Positions 1 to 9,087 of a DNA stretch of 64,000 nt are shown one piece after another; position 1 is the stretch's first letter; each line of letters opens with the position of its first letter. The position numbers and the translations under genes are program-made. The notes beneath the pieces were generated by a model that saw only the letters and a list, made by a program, of their open reading frames with translations, ran no database searches and had not been told where the DNA came from. Where the stretch lies: NCBI GenBank assembly GCA_026395965.1, contig JAPLXS010000006.1:118683-182682 (forward strand). Direction: 5' to 3'. Source of the stretch: Candidatus Nomurabacteria bacterium. GTDB lineage: Bacteria; Patescibacteriota; Minisyncoccia; Phycocordibacterales; UBA9973.

Positions 1-108
1 CCTCAACTTAGCCCCAAAAATATTTATTTTTGGATTATTTTGAGACATTGACTTATATTAATATGTATCGTAAGATGAACAAAAATCATACTTTAACAAC
101 TAAATAAA

Positions 109-1431
109 ATGGAAAATCAAAAAAAACTAAAGATGTTCGTTCTGGATACAAACGTCGTCTTGCATGATTCCTCTTGTATTTATAAATTTCAAGAACATGA
201 TGTTGTAATACCTATTCAAGTAATAGAAGAAATTGATACCTTTAAAAAAGGCCTTGATGCAATAAACTGGCACGCCAGAGAATTTTGTCGAATAATTGAT
301 GATCTTTCTGAGGATCATATCTTTAATGGTGGTGTTTCTTTGGGTGAAGGTTCAGGTAAACTTACAATTGCAATGGCTAAACCACTGCAAGAAAAAGTTC
401 GAATGAATCTAAAAACTAAAAATGTAGATATGGAAATAATTAATCTAGCTTATTGCTTAAAAGAAGAGCGCCAAGATAGAGAGGTTGTTATTGTATCAAA
501 AGACATAAACCTTAGAATCAAATCAAAAGCCTTATGCATTCTTGCTCAAGACTTTATGCATGAAACAGTTTCAGATTTAAACATTTTATCTGAAAAAGTA
601 AAAACTATTGATGTTCCATCAAAAATAATCGATTTGCTTTATAAAGGTAAAATGCCTGTACCGTACAATATAAAAGACGCTACAGCGAATCAAAATTTTA
701 TCTTAAAAAGCGAGGTAGGAAATCAAACTGCTTTAGTATGTCACAGGAATGGTCTTTTAACATTAATATTAAAAGATTCTCAATCTGCATTTGGTATTAA
801 ATCTAAAAATTCAGAACAATCATTTGCTGTTAATGCACTCTTAGACACGACTATATCTTTAGTCGCTATTGAGGGTAAAGCTGGTACTGGTAAAACTCTT
901 CTTTCTTTAGCTTGTGGTTTATCACAGATGGAAAAAGATTTATACGATCAAGTCCTTTACTCAAGAGTAACAATTTCAATGGGAGATCGTGAAATTGGAT
1001 TTTTGCCTGGTGATGCAAATGACAAGATAGGTCCATTTATGAACGGTATGAATGACAACATCAATGTTATCATTTCTGCAAATACTGGAAATGTTGGAAA
1101 AATCGATGCATTCAAAAGAAATGAAAAACTTGTGATTGAGCCTTTGCCATTTATTAGAGGTAGGAGTATTCACAAATCATTATTTATTCTTGATGAGTGT
1201 CAAAACCTAACACCTCACGAAATCAAAACAATTGTAACTCGTGCAGGAGAAGGAACGAAAATAGTACTCATTGGTGATACACACCAGATAGACAACCCAT
1301 ATCTGGACCAAAAATCGAATGGTTTTAGTTATTTAATTCAAAAATTTCAAGACCAGGATTGTTATTGCTATGTGCATTTATTTAATGGAGTAAGATCATC
1401 TCTCGCTGAACTTGCTTCAAATTTGTTGTAA
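109..1431 (+). CDS. PhoH-like ATPase with N-terminal PIN domain (PhoH2/YlaK-like)
   Basis: The N-terminus has a PIN motif (FVLDTNVVLHD). Walker A GKAGTGKT and a PhoH-type C-terminal ATPase follow. A terminator hairpin lies downstream at 1449-1476. Confidence 0.85.
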   Translation: MENQKKLKMFVLDTNVVLHDSSCIYKFQEHDVVIPIQVIEEIDTFKKGLDAINWHAREFCRIIDDLSEDHIFNGGVSLGEGSGKLTIAMAKPLQEKVRMNLKTKNVDMEIINLAYCLKEERQDREVVIVSKDINLRIKSKALCILAQDFMHETVSDLNILSEKVKTIDVPSKIIDLLYKGKMPVPYNIKDATANQNFILKSEVGNQTALVCHRNGLLTLILKDSQSAFGIKSKNSEQSFAVNALLDTTISLVAIEGKAGTGKTLLSLACGLSQMEKDLYDQVLYSRVTISMGDREIGFLPGDANDKIGPFMNGMNDNINVIISANTGNVGKIDAFKRNEKLVIEPLPFIRGRSIHKSLFILDECQNLTPHEIKTIVTRAGEGTKIVLIGDTHQIDNPYLDQKSNGFSYLIQKFQDQDCYCYVHLFNGVRSSLAELASNLL

Positions 1432-1448
1432 AAGTTATTTAAATCTTT

Positions 1449-1476
1449 AAAACCCTGAATTTATTCAGGGTTTTTT
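1449..1476 (+). terminator. rho-independent terminator (aaaaccctgaatttattcagggtttttt)
   Basis: GC stem plus T-tract directly after the PhoH-like stop. Confidence 0.7.
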
Positions 1477-1482
1477 ATTTAT

Positions 1483-1518
1483 TACGGTTTTTAGACGTCC
1501 AACGTCTAAAAACCGTAA
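1483..1518. repeat. perfect palindrome ttacggtttttagacgtccaacgtctaaaaaccgtaa (AGACGT-CCA-ACGTCT core)
   Basis: Self-complementary 17-bp arms. The core is related to the TAGACGTCCGACA palindromes elsewhere in the window. Confidence 0.7.
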
Positions 1519-1587
1519 ATTCTTTGACTTATATCTATATTTATGTTATGTTATTGAAAATATTGACCAATTTAAAAAATTTTAAAG

Positions 1588-1857
1588 ATGCCAAGAACAT
1601 TGTTTTTTCCAAAAATGACAGACATGACAGAAGATGATATAGATAAAAATATCATTAAACTTGAAGGAGATTTACCAGTTTTAACTCCATTTCACCTTCT
1701 ACATGTCCGATACTTTAGTGCTCCCCATTCGCGTCACAATGGAACACTTATCAAAATAGATGGTGATAAAATCACTTGTAATTCTTACGACAAAGACGAA
1801 TCATGTTTATCGGAAGAACACCCAGACTGTGAGGTTTATGAACTACTCATGGCTTAG
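1588..1857 (+). CDS. hypothetical small protein (89 aa)
   Basis: ORF followed by a strong terminator at 1885-1912 (cctcc...ggagg plus T7). No recognisable domain. Confidence 0.35.
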   Translation: MPRTLFFPKMTDMTEDDIDKNIIKLEGDLPVLTPFHLLHVRYFSAPHSRHNGTLIKIDGDKITCNSYDKDESCLSEEHPDCEVYELLMA

Positions 1858-1884
1858 TTGATTTATCAGCTATTTTAAAAATAA

Positions 1885-1912
1885 AGCCTCCCCAAAAAGG
1901 AGGTTTTTTTAT
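1885..1912 (+). terminator. rho-independent terminator
   Basis: aaagcctccccaaaaaggaggttttttt. Confidence 0.7.
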
Positions 1913-2021
1913 TTAACTACTCTTTCGATTCTAAGCCATAAACCTATTGACTTTTTAACACAAAGTTGTAATATAACACAAAACAAACATAGTTCTACAT
2001 AACTAAAAAAATTAATATAAA

Positions 2022-2495
2022 ATGAAAAAAGCAAAGGTTATCATATTGAATTATAATGGTATAGATTTTTATAAAGTAGAAGAAGTCTATGCACATGCGA
2101 AAGACACAGAGGATTGGAAACTATGGGAGCTTGTATTTCAAACTGAACATTCTACCACCTATCTAAACTCACTTGAAGCTATAGTGCTTATACAGCTTGC
2201 CAAAAAGTACAACTACTGGCGGCTATGGCAAGAAGTCATGAAGAGAAAATTTGTGTTAGATTATTTGAAAAAATTAACACCAACAGATGCTATTGATCTT
2301 GCTAGCAAGATCAACGACTGGCATTTATGGAAAATAATAATTTCAAATCAAAAAGTTTTAGATTATCTTCAAAACCTTACACCAAATGATGCTGTCATTT
2401 ATTCAAGAAAACCTGGTCGTGATCCTTTATGGAAAAAAACCATAAACAGAAAAGATGTACAAGACTATTTGTGTGAAATCGAAAAAGTGGCATAA
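2022..2495 (+). CDS. hypothetical protein with internal repeats (VLDYLKKLTPTDA / VLDYLQNLTPNDA)
   Basis: ORF with repeated ~35-aa modules. Terminator at 2514-2546. Confidence 0.4.
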   Translation: MKKAKVIILNYNGIDFYKVEEVYAHAKDTEDWKLWELVFQTEHSTTYLNSLEAIVLIQLAKKYNYWRLWQEVMKRKFVLDYLKKLTPTDAIDLASKINDWHLWKIIISNQKVLDYLQNLTPNDAVIYSRKPGRDPLWKKTINRKDVQDYLCEIEKVA

Positions 2496-2513
2496 ACTTT
2501 CATTAAAAACAAC

Positions 2514-2546
2514 AAAACGATCCTATAATAGGGTCGTTTTTTTATA
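2514..2546 (+). terminator. rho-independent terminator
   Basis: aaaacgatcctataatagggtcgttttttt. Confidence 0.65.
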
Positions 2547-2557
2547 TTGATTTCAGA

Positions 2558-2824
2558 TTATTTTAAAAACACCTCGAGTGCACCTTCGCCACCGTCTTGT
2601 ATTTTAGATTGATTATATCGAGCATTATGAGATTTTAAATAGTTTTTAACAAAATTGGGTAGTATTGGTCCATTTGCACTATTGTTCCCTTTGCCGACTA
2701 TTATGCGTACATGTTTATATTTCCTATCTTTAAATAATGATTTTAAAATAACTTCTGATTCGGCTGTTGTATGTCCATGTAGATCTATTTCTTTTTCAGC
2801 TTTTTGTTCATACTTGTTTGCCAT
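2558..2824 (-). CDS. Smr (small MutS-related) domain protein
   Basis: IDLHG ... IIVGKGNNS motifs typical of Smr nuclease domains. Confidence 0.6.
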   Translation of the reverse strand: MANKYEQKAEKEIDLHGHTTAESEVILKSLFKDRKYKHVRIIVGKGNNSANGPILPNFVKNYLKSHNARYNQSKIQDGGEGALEVFLK

Positions 2825-2844
2825 GCGACTAGTATAACACCCTA

Positions 2845-2878
2845 ATTTTAGGGGTCCAACCCCTAAAAAAGGGGTCGT
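2845..2878. repeat. hairpin element ttttaggggtCCAacccctaaaa (GGGGTCCAACCCC family)
   Basis: Perfect 10-bp stem with a CCA loop in the divergent intergenic region. The same unit is duplicated in inverted orientation at 4312-4349. Confidence 0.65.
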
Positions 2879-2896
2879 TCACACAATCCCCCATCT

Positions 2897-3379
2897 ATGC
2901 TAGAATCAAAAAAACAACGTTCTCTTAAATACAAAATCATGGAAAATAAAAATGAGGTTCTATATATTGACCGCTCAATACCCTTTGACCTAGAAGAATT
3001 TATAGGCCATGGATGGTCTATAGTTGACCAAGACAACAAGGCCTTAGATATAAGTAGTATACTTATATCAGAGATTATACTAGAAAAAATATTTGGCGAA
3101 AAAAATGAAGACAAGATTAAATACTTAAATGAGCAAAACTATGTAGAGTTAGACCCTAAGGTACTTGAAGCATTCTGGAATAATCAAGAATTAATTCCCG
3201 AGGAATGGAAAAAAGAATCATATGTTTTTTTCGGTGCACTTGTTTTTAAAAACTGCTACGAAGGAGAACATCATTTTGTATTGTGCTTGTATTGGCGATT
3301 CAACCAATGGCATTGGGGATGCTACGATATTAGTCATGATTTTGTAAAGGCTAGCCCTTGTGCGATTATGCATATCTAA
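2897..3379 (+). CDS. hypothetical protein (160 aa)
   Basis: ORF with a terminator hairpin at 3407-3440. No recognisable domain. Confidence 0.35.
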   Translation: MLESKKQRSLKYKIMENKNEVLYIDRSIPFDLEEFIGHGWSIVDQDNKALDISSILISEIILEKIFGEKNEDKIKYLNEQNYVELDPKVLEAFWNNQELIPEEWKKESYVFFGALVFKNCYEGEHHFVLCLYWRFNQWHWGCYDISHDFVKASPCAIMHI

Positions 3380-3492
3380 TTATGCAAAAAATTTAAACAA
3401 TATCTTTACCCTTTGTATTTTACACAAAGGGTATTTTTATTTATTAATAAAAAAAGCTATCACATATGTGACAGCTTTTGTTTTAATTAGAC

Positions 3493-4251
3493 TTACTTTT
3501 TTGAATTAAAAAATAATGCAATTTTTTTAATAATGAAAAATCTTGCCTCAGAATAATGTGGGGGTGTATTTTTAAGTGCCTCCATTAATTCAACAACATT
3601 TTTAGCAATTATACCCTCATTCATAGAAATCTTTTCCCATTTTTTAAGAGCTTTAAATTTAGCATTAGAATTTTCCGGTGAAAGTTCGCAAACTTCTTTT
3701 ATTTCTTTGCTATTTTTAGCAACTTCTTCCATTTTCAACAAAATCATTGTTGCAACATAAGAATTTTTGTGAACAGTCCCAAGTAATTTTTTAAGGAGCT
3801 GATAATTTTTTCCAACTTTTAAGAACTGGTCCAAGGAAAGCGCCTCATTTTTTGCTAAAGCCACTTGTTTGGCTTCAGAATTTTGAGGTGATTCTCTTAA
3901 TACCTTTTTAAAATCCTCTTGTGTTTTAATTTTATTCGCTTCTATCAAAGATAGTTCATCCCACTTCTTAAAGGCCAGTGCTTCATAAATAGTACCTACA
4001 GACACATTTTTAAACACTTTTCTTGCTTCTGTAGGACTAGTAACAAAACTTAACCAATCAATAAGTGCTTGTAATCTTTCATCAGAATATGCATCAGCTG
4101 AAAGAAAATTAATTCTTGCTTCGTCTATATTTTTCGGTTTATTACTATTTGCTTTTAGCGGCAAACCTAAAGCGAATTCGATTGTTGGAACAGATATTTT
4201 GGTTACACTAGCCATTTCAGAAATATCTACATTATTCTCATTTGAATCCAT
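3493..4251 (-). CDS. hypothetical protein with internal SPxxSEAK/ARK repeats
   Basis: Repeated ~55-aa modules (TSPTEARKVF, SPQNSEAKQVALAK, SPENSNAKFKALKKW, TPPHYSEARFF). Bidirectional terminator at 3453-3486. Confidence 0.4.
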   Translation of the reverse strand: MDSNENNVDISEMASVTKISVPTIEFALGLPLKANSNKPKNIDEARINFLSADAYSDERLQALIDWLSFVTSPTEARKVFKNVSVGTIYEALAFKKWDELSLIEANKIKTQEDFKKVLRESPQNSEAKQVALAKNEALSLDQFLKVGKNYQLLKKLLGTVHKNSYVATMILLKMEEVAKNSKEIKEVCELSPENSNAKFKALKKWEKISMNEGIIAKNVVELMEALKNTPPHYSEARFFIIKKIALFFNSKK

Positions 4252-4311
4252 ATTATTTAGTTTTTAATTATTTTAATTAAAATAACACTATTTAAGATAA
4301 AAGTCAACTTA

Positions 4312-4349
4312 TAGGGGTCCAACCCCTACGTTAGGGGTTGGACCCCTAA
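4312..4349. repeat. double hairpin taggggtccaaccccta-cg-ttaggggttggaccccta
   Basis: Two inverted copies of the GGGGTCCAACCCC hairpin form a 38-bp perfect palindrome upstream of the 3493..4251 gene. Confidence 0.65.
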
Positions 4350-4393
4350 CAATTTAAAAAACAACCAATGTTATTGGTTGTTTTAATGAAATT

Positions 4394-4695
4394 AATATGA
4401 ATCTGGGTTCAGTCCATATGTATTTATTTGCCATTCTGTAAAAGAGAATCCGCTACCTTCTTGTGGGAGTTCTTCTTCTTTTGGTTGTTCTTTTTTGCTT
4501 ATTTTAGCTTTATTTTTCAAATTTATTACTGCACTTTTAAATGCTGATAATTCATTTGGTTTATAGCCAAAATAGCTACCATACTTCTAAAATAAATTTT
4601 TTAAGATTTTAAGATAAAAAGGCCCCTTTTCTCCTTTTTTTAAAAATGCTTTCTTCTTATGATATCTACTTGAGAGCTCATTAGAAACGTCTGCT
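4394..4695 (-). pseudogene. ORF interrupted by an in-frame TAG (METLADVSNELSSRYHKKKAFLKKGEKGPFYLKILKNLF*KYGSYFGYKPNELSAFKSAV...)
   Basis: A 39-codon ATG-initiated ORF runs in frame through TAG into a 65-codon ORF without its own start. An A7 homopolymer lies inside. Confidence 0.3.
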
Positions 4696-4870
4696 AATGT
4701 TTCCATCTTTATAATATTTAAGGATATATTTGTTTGTATTATAAGACAGATAGGCGATTGTTGTCAATATCTAGTCGAATTTTATAAATTCCTAATCTGT
4801 ACTATTGATTCATTAGAATCATCTATAAGGATAATTTCCTCCCTCACCTCATATATGTTAAAATACGCTT

Positions 4871-6166
4871 ATGAAAAATAGAGCATGGGTTATAGTACTG
4901 GGTGATTTTATTTCATTTATAACAGCATTTATACTCCTTATATTAATCCGTTTTAAGAAAGCAGACTATCTTTCTGCTGTAAATAGCCATACGGTACCAT
5001 TTATAATACTCTATATATCTTGGGTTCTTATTTTCTATATATTTGGGCTCTATGACCTGCTCAACATAAAGCCAACTATTCCATATTTCAATAGATGGAT
5101 ACTAGCTCTTATTTCCTCTTTTACTATGGGTTTGTTATTTTTCTACTTTGTGCCGATCTTTGGTATCAGCCCAAAACTAAATCTCGTAATCCAAGTTGTA
5201 GGGTTTGGATTTTTTTCATTTTTATTGAGAAGAATGGCATACAATCTCTTTGCTAGAGCTATAACTCAACCTGCTATACTTGTCGGTGATTCATCGTATC
5301 TTGCTGAATTAGAGAAAACTATTGCATCCAATCCACAAATAGGTCTCCATGCAATCAACCACTTTAAAACTATCGGTGAAGTAAATCTAAATTTGAAAAA
5401 TATAAAAAATCTTGTCATTATTTTAGATAAAAATATTGAGAATCAAAACCAAAACATTTTAGAATTTTACAAAGAAAATATAGAGATTATTGATACCGCA
5501 AAAGCTTACGAAAAATATTTATATAAAATACCAGTAGAATACATAGATGTATCTTTTATTGTTGAAAATATTAATACAAAAAAAGATGTTTTATACTCAT
5601 TCATAACTTTTTTACTAAATATAGTATTTTCTATAACAATACTTATACTTACTCTTCCTTTCGTGATTATATCTGCCATCTTTATATATCTATATGATTA
5701 CGGTCCAGTATTTTATACACAAAAAAGGGTTGGAATAAATGGTAAAATATTTAAACTCTACAAACTTCGCTCTATGATCACAGACTCTGAAAAAGACGGC
5801 GCAAAGTGGTCCACAGGTACATCGGATACACGTGTGACTCCTGTAGGTAAAATACTTCGTAAGCTACATATAGATGAACTCCCACAAATGATAAATATTC
5901 TAAAAGGTGACCTATCTCTAGTTGGTCCTCGTCCTGAGAGACCAGAATTTGTAAACATACTTGGAAATGATATCCCCTACTACACACTACGCCATATCAT
6001 ACGTCCAGGATTTACTGGCTGGGCTCAGATAAAGTACAGATATGCTGGTTCAACAAAAGATTCCAAAGAAAAGTTTGAATATGATTTGTATTACATTAAA
6101 AATAGAAATATCTTTATGGATTTTGGGATTATAATGAGAACAATACAAATAATATTTACACATTAA
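4871..6166 (+). CDS. polyprenyl-phosphate glycosyl-1-phosphate transferase (WbaP/WsaP-like initiating sugar transferase)
   Basis: N-terminal TM helices and a C-terminal bacterial sugar-transferase domain (KLRSM...DELPQMINILKGDLSLVGPRPERPEF). Confidence 0.85.
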   Translation: MKNRAWVIVLGDFISFITAFILLILIRFKKADYLSAVNSHTVPFIILYISWVLIFYIFGLYDLLNIKPTIPYFNRWILALISSFTMGLLFFYFVPIFGISPKLNLVIQVVGFGFFSFLLRRMAYNLFARAITQPAILVGDSSYLAELEKTIASNPQIGLHAINHFKTIGEVNLNLKNIKNLVIILDKNIENQNQNILEFYKENIEIIDTAKAYEKYLYKIPVEYIDVSFIVENINTKKDVLYSFITFLLNIVFSITILILTLPFVIISAIFIYLYDYGPVFYTQKRVGINGKIFKLYKLRSMITDSEKDGAKWSTGTSDTRVTPVGKILRKLHIDELPQMINILKGDLSLVGPRPERPEFVNILGNDIPYYTLRHIIRPGFTGWAQIKYRYAGSTKDSKEKFEYDLYYIKNRNIFMDFGIIMRTIQIIFTH

Positions 6167-6224
6167 ACAGCATTCAATAACAATCTTCTTAAGATAAAAA
6201 TGGGTTAATTTTATGTGTTTATTT

Positions 6225-6350
6225 ACAGTATTGACACTATGTGCGATAAAAGTATATACTTCATTAGTAACTAGCCATCAGGGACAAATTCCTCTTAGGA
6301 AAAGCGAAAGCTACCTGTATGCGCTGACCGCCCCGTAAGGGGCGGTTTTC
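6225..6350 (+). ncRNA. candidate small RNA / structured 3' UTR
   Basis: Promoter-like TTGACA-17nt-ATATAC at 6231-6259. About 85 nt downstream there is a strong terminator (accgccccgtaaggggcggttttctttt) at 6324-6350. No ORF. Confidence 0.3.
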
Positions 6351-6355
6351 TTTTA

Positions 6356-6901
6356 TTAGTCTGAAATAGTTATTGAAATCTTTTTTGAAACTAGGTGATA
6401 GATATTCTTAATATTTTCATTTGCTGGATTTTCATTATTAAATCTTACAACTCCTGCAACAGCATCAGCTACACGAAGAGCAGGATAACCCTCGTCATTC
6501 CCTGTTTTAAGTTTCTTAACAGATATACCTTTATCTCGTAAAATTTTCTTAAATTTTCTTTCGTAAGTTTTATTCTTTTTTCCATCAATAATTAAATTTG
6601 TAATATTTTTTTCAATAATCAAATGTTCCAAGGCATACTCATATGCTGTATTGCTTTTAAATGGATTCTTTATAAAAGCAATTTTGATAGAAAATTCATA
6701 TTTACATATTTCTTCAATAAATTTTTGCCTAACAGCCCAAGTGCTATGAGACCAGTGGAAGTGTTTAATCTTTAATTTTTTTTCTGTTTCAATAACAGCT
6801 GTTTGAATAATATCTAATTTATTTATTTCAAGATAAACTAAAGCAATTGAAGATTTGCCGTCTTGTTTGTTTATTCCGGATTCATCTATAAAAATATACA
6901 T
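6356..6901 (-). CDS. DUF3800 family protein
   Basis: N-terminal IFIDESG and C-terminal RVADAVAG motifs are characteristic of DUF3800. Confidence 0.5.
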   Translation of the reverse strand: MYIFIDESGINKQDGKSSIALVYLEINKLDIIQTAVIETEKKLKIKHFHWSHSTWAVRQKFIEEICKYEFSIKIAFIKNPFKSNTAYEYALEHLIIEKNITNLIIDGKKNKTYERKFKKILRDKGISVKKLKTGNDEGYPALRVADAVAGVVRFNNENPANENIKNIYHLVSKKISITISD

Positions 6902-7003
6902 GGGTATATTGTATCATTCATAACCTAGTGAGCAAGGCTTCGCCACCACCTCTCTTTGTATTTAAACCTAGAAAAAATGCTTTAAAAATGGTAATATATT
7001 TCC

Positions 7004-7831
7004 ATGAGCAACGGCCATATTACTATCATAAAACCAAAGAAACTCTTCAGTCTTTCTGACTTAAAGGAAGTCTGGGAATATAGAGAATTACTATATTTCT
7101 TTACATGGCGGGACTTAAAAGTTAGATACAAACAGACTGCTATTGGTGCACTGTGGGCAATATTTCAACCATTCATGACAATGGTTGTTTTTTCTGTTTT
7201 TTTTGGGGGATTACTTCAAATACCTTCAGATGGAGTACCCTATCCTATATTTGTCTACACAGGACTACTTTTTTGGCAATTTTTCTCTAGTGCACTTTCT
7301 GATACTAGTAATGTGCTTATCACCAATCAAGCAATAATTACAAAAGTATACTTCCCTCGTCTATTACTTCCTCTTTCTTCTGTAGCAACTAAGTTTATGG
7401 ATTTTGCCATAGCTGCAGTTATTCTAGTAGGTATGATGATTTATTATGGATACACTCCTCATATAACAGGACTACTTATTATTCCCCTACTCCTTCTAAT
7501 TACTTTTATGGCATCTGTAGGATTTGGACTTATCCTAGCATCAATAAACGTTAAATACAGAGACGTAAGATATGCTCTGCCATTCTTTATTCAAATACTT
7601 ATGTTCGTAACTCCTGTTATTTATCCTGCTTCTATTGCTGGTAAATACTCTTGGATACTAGCTCTAAATCCTATGATGGGAGTTATTCAGAGTGCTCGTG
7701 CAGCTCTACTGGGAACAACTGTTTTAAACTGGACACTTATAGGTATATCTCTAGCTGCCACAACAATATTGATGATATTTGGAATTTATACATTCAAGAA
7801 AACTGAACGTTATTTTGCAGATATAATATAA
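7004..7831 (+). CDS. ABC-2 type polysaccharide exporter permease (Wzm/TagG-like)
   Basis: Six predicted TM helices and the ABC-2 family signature. Immediately followed by its ATPase. Confidence 0.8.
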   Translation: MSNGHITIIKPKKLFSLSDLKEVWEYRELLYFFTWRDLKVRYKQTAIGALWAIFQPFMTMVVFSVFFGGLLQIPSDGVPYPIFVYTGLLFWQFFSSALSDTSNVLITNQAIITKVYFPRLLLPLSSVATKFMDFAIAAVILVGMMIYYGYTPHITGLLIIPLLLLITFMASVGFGLILASINVKYRDVRYALPFFIQILMFVTPVIYPASIAGKYSWILALNPMMGVIQSARAALLGTTVLNWTLIGISLAATTILMIFGIYTFKKTERYFADII

Positions 7832-7835
7832 AAAT

Positions 7836-9086
7836 ATGGAACCCATAATTACAGTTAAAAATATTGGAAAGAAATACAATATAAACCATCAAAAAGGTGG
7901 ATATATAACTCTTCGAGATATCATAACCAATGCATTTAAAAATCCTTTTTCATTTTTAAAAACAAAAACTAAAAATATTTTAGGAATAGAAACAAAAGAA
8001 ATATTTTGGGCTTTAAAAGACGTAAATTTTGAAGTTATGAAAGGTGAAGTTATCGGAATAATAGGACGCAACGGTGCAGGTAAATCCACCTTACTTAAAA
8101 TACTTTCACAAATTACACCTCCTACTACTGGAGAGATACGAATCAATGGTACAGTTGGAAGTCTACTTGAAGTAGGTACTGGTTTTCATCCAGAACTTAC
8201 AGGTAGAGAGAATATTTTCCTAAATGGAGCAATTCTTGGAATGAAGAAAAAAGATATCGCTAAAAAATTTGATGAAATTGTTAAATTCGCAGATATAGAA
8301 AAGTTCCTAGATACTCCTGTTAAATACTACTCTAGCGGAATGTACGTTCGTCTCGCCTTCTCTGTAGCAGCCCATATGGATACAGATATTTTAATAATTG
8401 ATGAAGTCCTCGCTGTTGGAGATGCAGAATTTCAAAAAAAGTGTTTGGGTAAGATGGAAGATATTACACAAAAAGAAGGTAGAACTATCCTTTTTGTTAG
8501 TCATGATATTAAAGCCATAAAACAACTTTGCAATAAAACAATACAGATTGGGAATGGTCAGATTATTAATTTTGGAGAAACTGAAAATGTTGTAGAAAAA
8601 TACCTATCTATATCAAATGATATTACCTTAGAAAAATGGGAAAATAATAAAAATGAATTTAATAATGATTATTTTAAACCAGAAAAATTTTATATATCAA
8701 AAGAAAAAAATGATGAATTATCTATTAACTTAGAGGCAATAATAGATAAAATTGATAATTCTTTAACTGTCGGATATGCTTTATATTCAGAAGACAATAC
8801 GCTACTTTATTGGTCATATCAAATAGATGGAGATAATACCGATATACCAAAATTACAAATAGGTAGAAACATTATCAAATCAATAATACCTGTAGAAATA
8901 TTAAATAATGGTAGATATACAATAGAACTTATTGGCGGAATACACAACAAAGAATGGTTATTTGAACCAAATAAAGGAAACCCTACATTAACAATAGAGA
9001 TAGATAGAAAATTCAATACTTCGCATCTGTGGACAAAAAAAAGACCTGGATTATTAGCACCAACAATTAACTGGAAAAATAAATAA
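7836..9086 (+). CDS. polysaccharide ABC exporter ATP-binding protein (Wzt/TagH-like) with extra C-terminal domain
   Basis: Walker A GRNGAGKST, signature YSSGMYVRLAF and Walker B ILIIDE. A ~160-aa C-terminal extension resembles Wzt carbohydrate-binding domains. Confidence 0.85.
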   Translation: MEPIITVKNIGKKYNINHQKGGYITLRDIITNAFKNPFSFLKTKTKNILGIETKEIFWALKDVNFEVMKGEVIGIIGRNGAGKSTLLKILSQITPPTTGEIRINGTVGSLLEVGTGFHPELTGRENIFLNGAILGMKKKDIAKKFDEIVKFADIEKFLDTPVKYYSSGMYVRLAFSVAAHMDTDILIIDEVLAVGDAEFQKKCLGKMEDITQKEGRTILFVSHDIKAIKQLCNKTIQIGNGQIINFGETENVVEKYLSISNDITLEKWENNKNEFNNDYFKPEKFYISKEKNDELSINLEAIIDKIDNSLTVGYALYSEDNTLLYWSYQIDGDNTDIPKLQIGRNIIKSIIPVEILNNGRYTIELIGGIHNKEWLFEPNKGNPTLTIEIDRKFNTSHLWTKKRPGLLAPTINWKNK

Positions 9087-9087
9087 T

